In this document: piece by piece, positions 38,205 through 38,661 of the stretch
Position numbering within the stretch: position 1 is the stretch's first letter
Layout: every line of letters begins with the position of its first letter
NCBI RefSeq assembly: GCF_937997465.1
Contig: NZ_CALKTQ010000174.1
Span: forward strand, 1 to 38,661
Reading direction: 5' to 3'
From: an uncultured Campylobacter sp.
GTDB lineage: Bacteria; Campylobacterota; Campylobacteria; Campylobacterales; Campylobacteraceae
DNA length: 38,661 nt
Position numbers and translations under genes: made by a program
Notes under the pieces: generated by a model
The model's database searches: none
Told to the model about the DNA's origin: nothing
The model's input: the letters and a program-made list of their open reading frames with translations, nothing else

Positions 38205-38661
38205 CATCAAAGCAAGATTTAGGCAGTATCAAGAGGCTATCGAGACCAGCAATATAGTCTCAAAGACCGACACGAACGGCACTATCACCTTCGTAAACGA
38301 CGAGTTTTGCAAGATGTCTGGCTTTACGCGCGAGGAGCTAATCGGCGCAAATCACAACATCGTGCGCCATCCCGAGGTGCCAAAGGAGGTTTTTGCGCGG
38401 CTTTGGGATACGATTCTAGCCAAAAAAGTGCACAAAGGCACGATAAGAAATCGCACCAAGGACGGCCGCGACGTCTATCTAAACACGACTATCATCCCGA
38501 TTTTGGATTTAAGCGGGCAGATCGAGGAGTTTCTTGCGATCAGGCATGACGTGACGGACGTGATAAACCTAAATAACGAGCTTGAAAAGACGAAAAAAGA
38601 GCTGTTAAATTTAAACGAAAAACTCGAAAACAGGGTCGCCGAGCAGACGGCCAAGCTCGTA
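38197..38661 (+). CDS. PAS-domain protein, probably a sensor histidine kinase; runs off the window end
   Basis: Not in the ORF track. MDNIKARFRQYQEAIETSNIVSKTDTNGTITFVNDEFCKMSGFTREELIGANHNIVRHP..., then coiled coil LNEKLENRVAEQT. The kinase domain is not visible. Confidence 0.85.
   Translation, partial: MDNIKARFRQYQEAIETSNIVSKTDTNGTITFVNDEFCKMSGFTREELIGANHNIVRHPEVPKEVFARLWDTILAKKVHKGTIRNRTKDGRDVYLNTTIIPILDLSGQIEEFLAIRHDVTDVINLNNELEKTKKELLNLNEKLENRVAEQTAKLV

Overview
Campylobacter chromosomal region; the strong AAATTT bias suggests the C. showae/C. rectus group (inference). It is mostly housekeeping: an MFS transporter, rdgB, molybdopterin genes (moeA, moaE, moaD), nspC, a stand-alone fdhC, selenium genes (yedE, yedF, a Sec-encoding selD with in-frame UGA, tRNA-Sec), dba-dsbI (dba frameshifted), a nitroreductase, patAB, a modE-modA-TOBE-modC-modB operon, mlaA-mlaC-MMPL, hisZ-purA-fliJ-motE-like and DUF507-carA. 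Most notable: (1) a ~128-nt palindromic element in three copies with clear compensatory base changes, plus a second unrelated ~122-nt hairpin; (2) a TelA-like/YqiJ/YqiK-flotillin operon and a YedE selenium transporter lying between moaE and moeA, bracketed by two direct copies of that element; (3) a Cache/multi-PAS membrane sensor with no output domain. All calls come from reading the sequence and recalling protein families; no searches were run.
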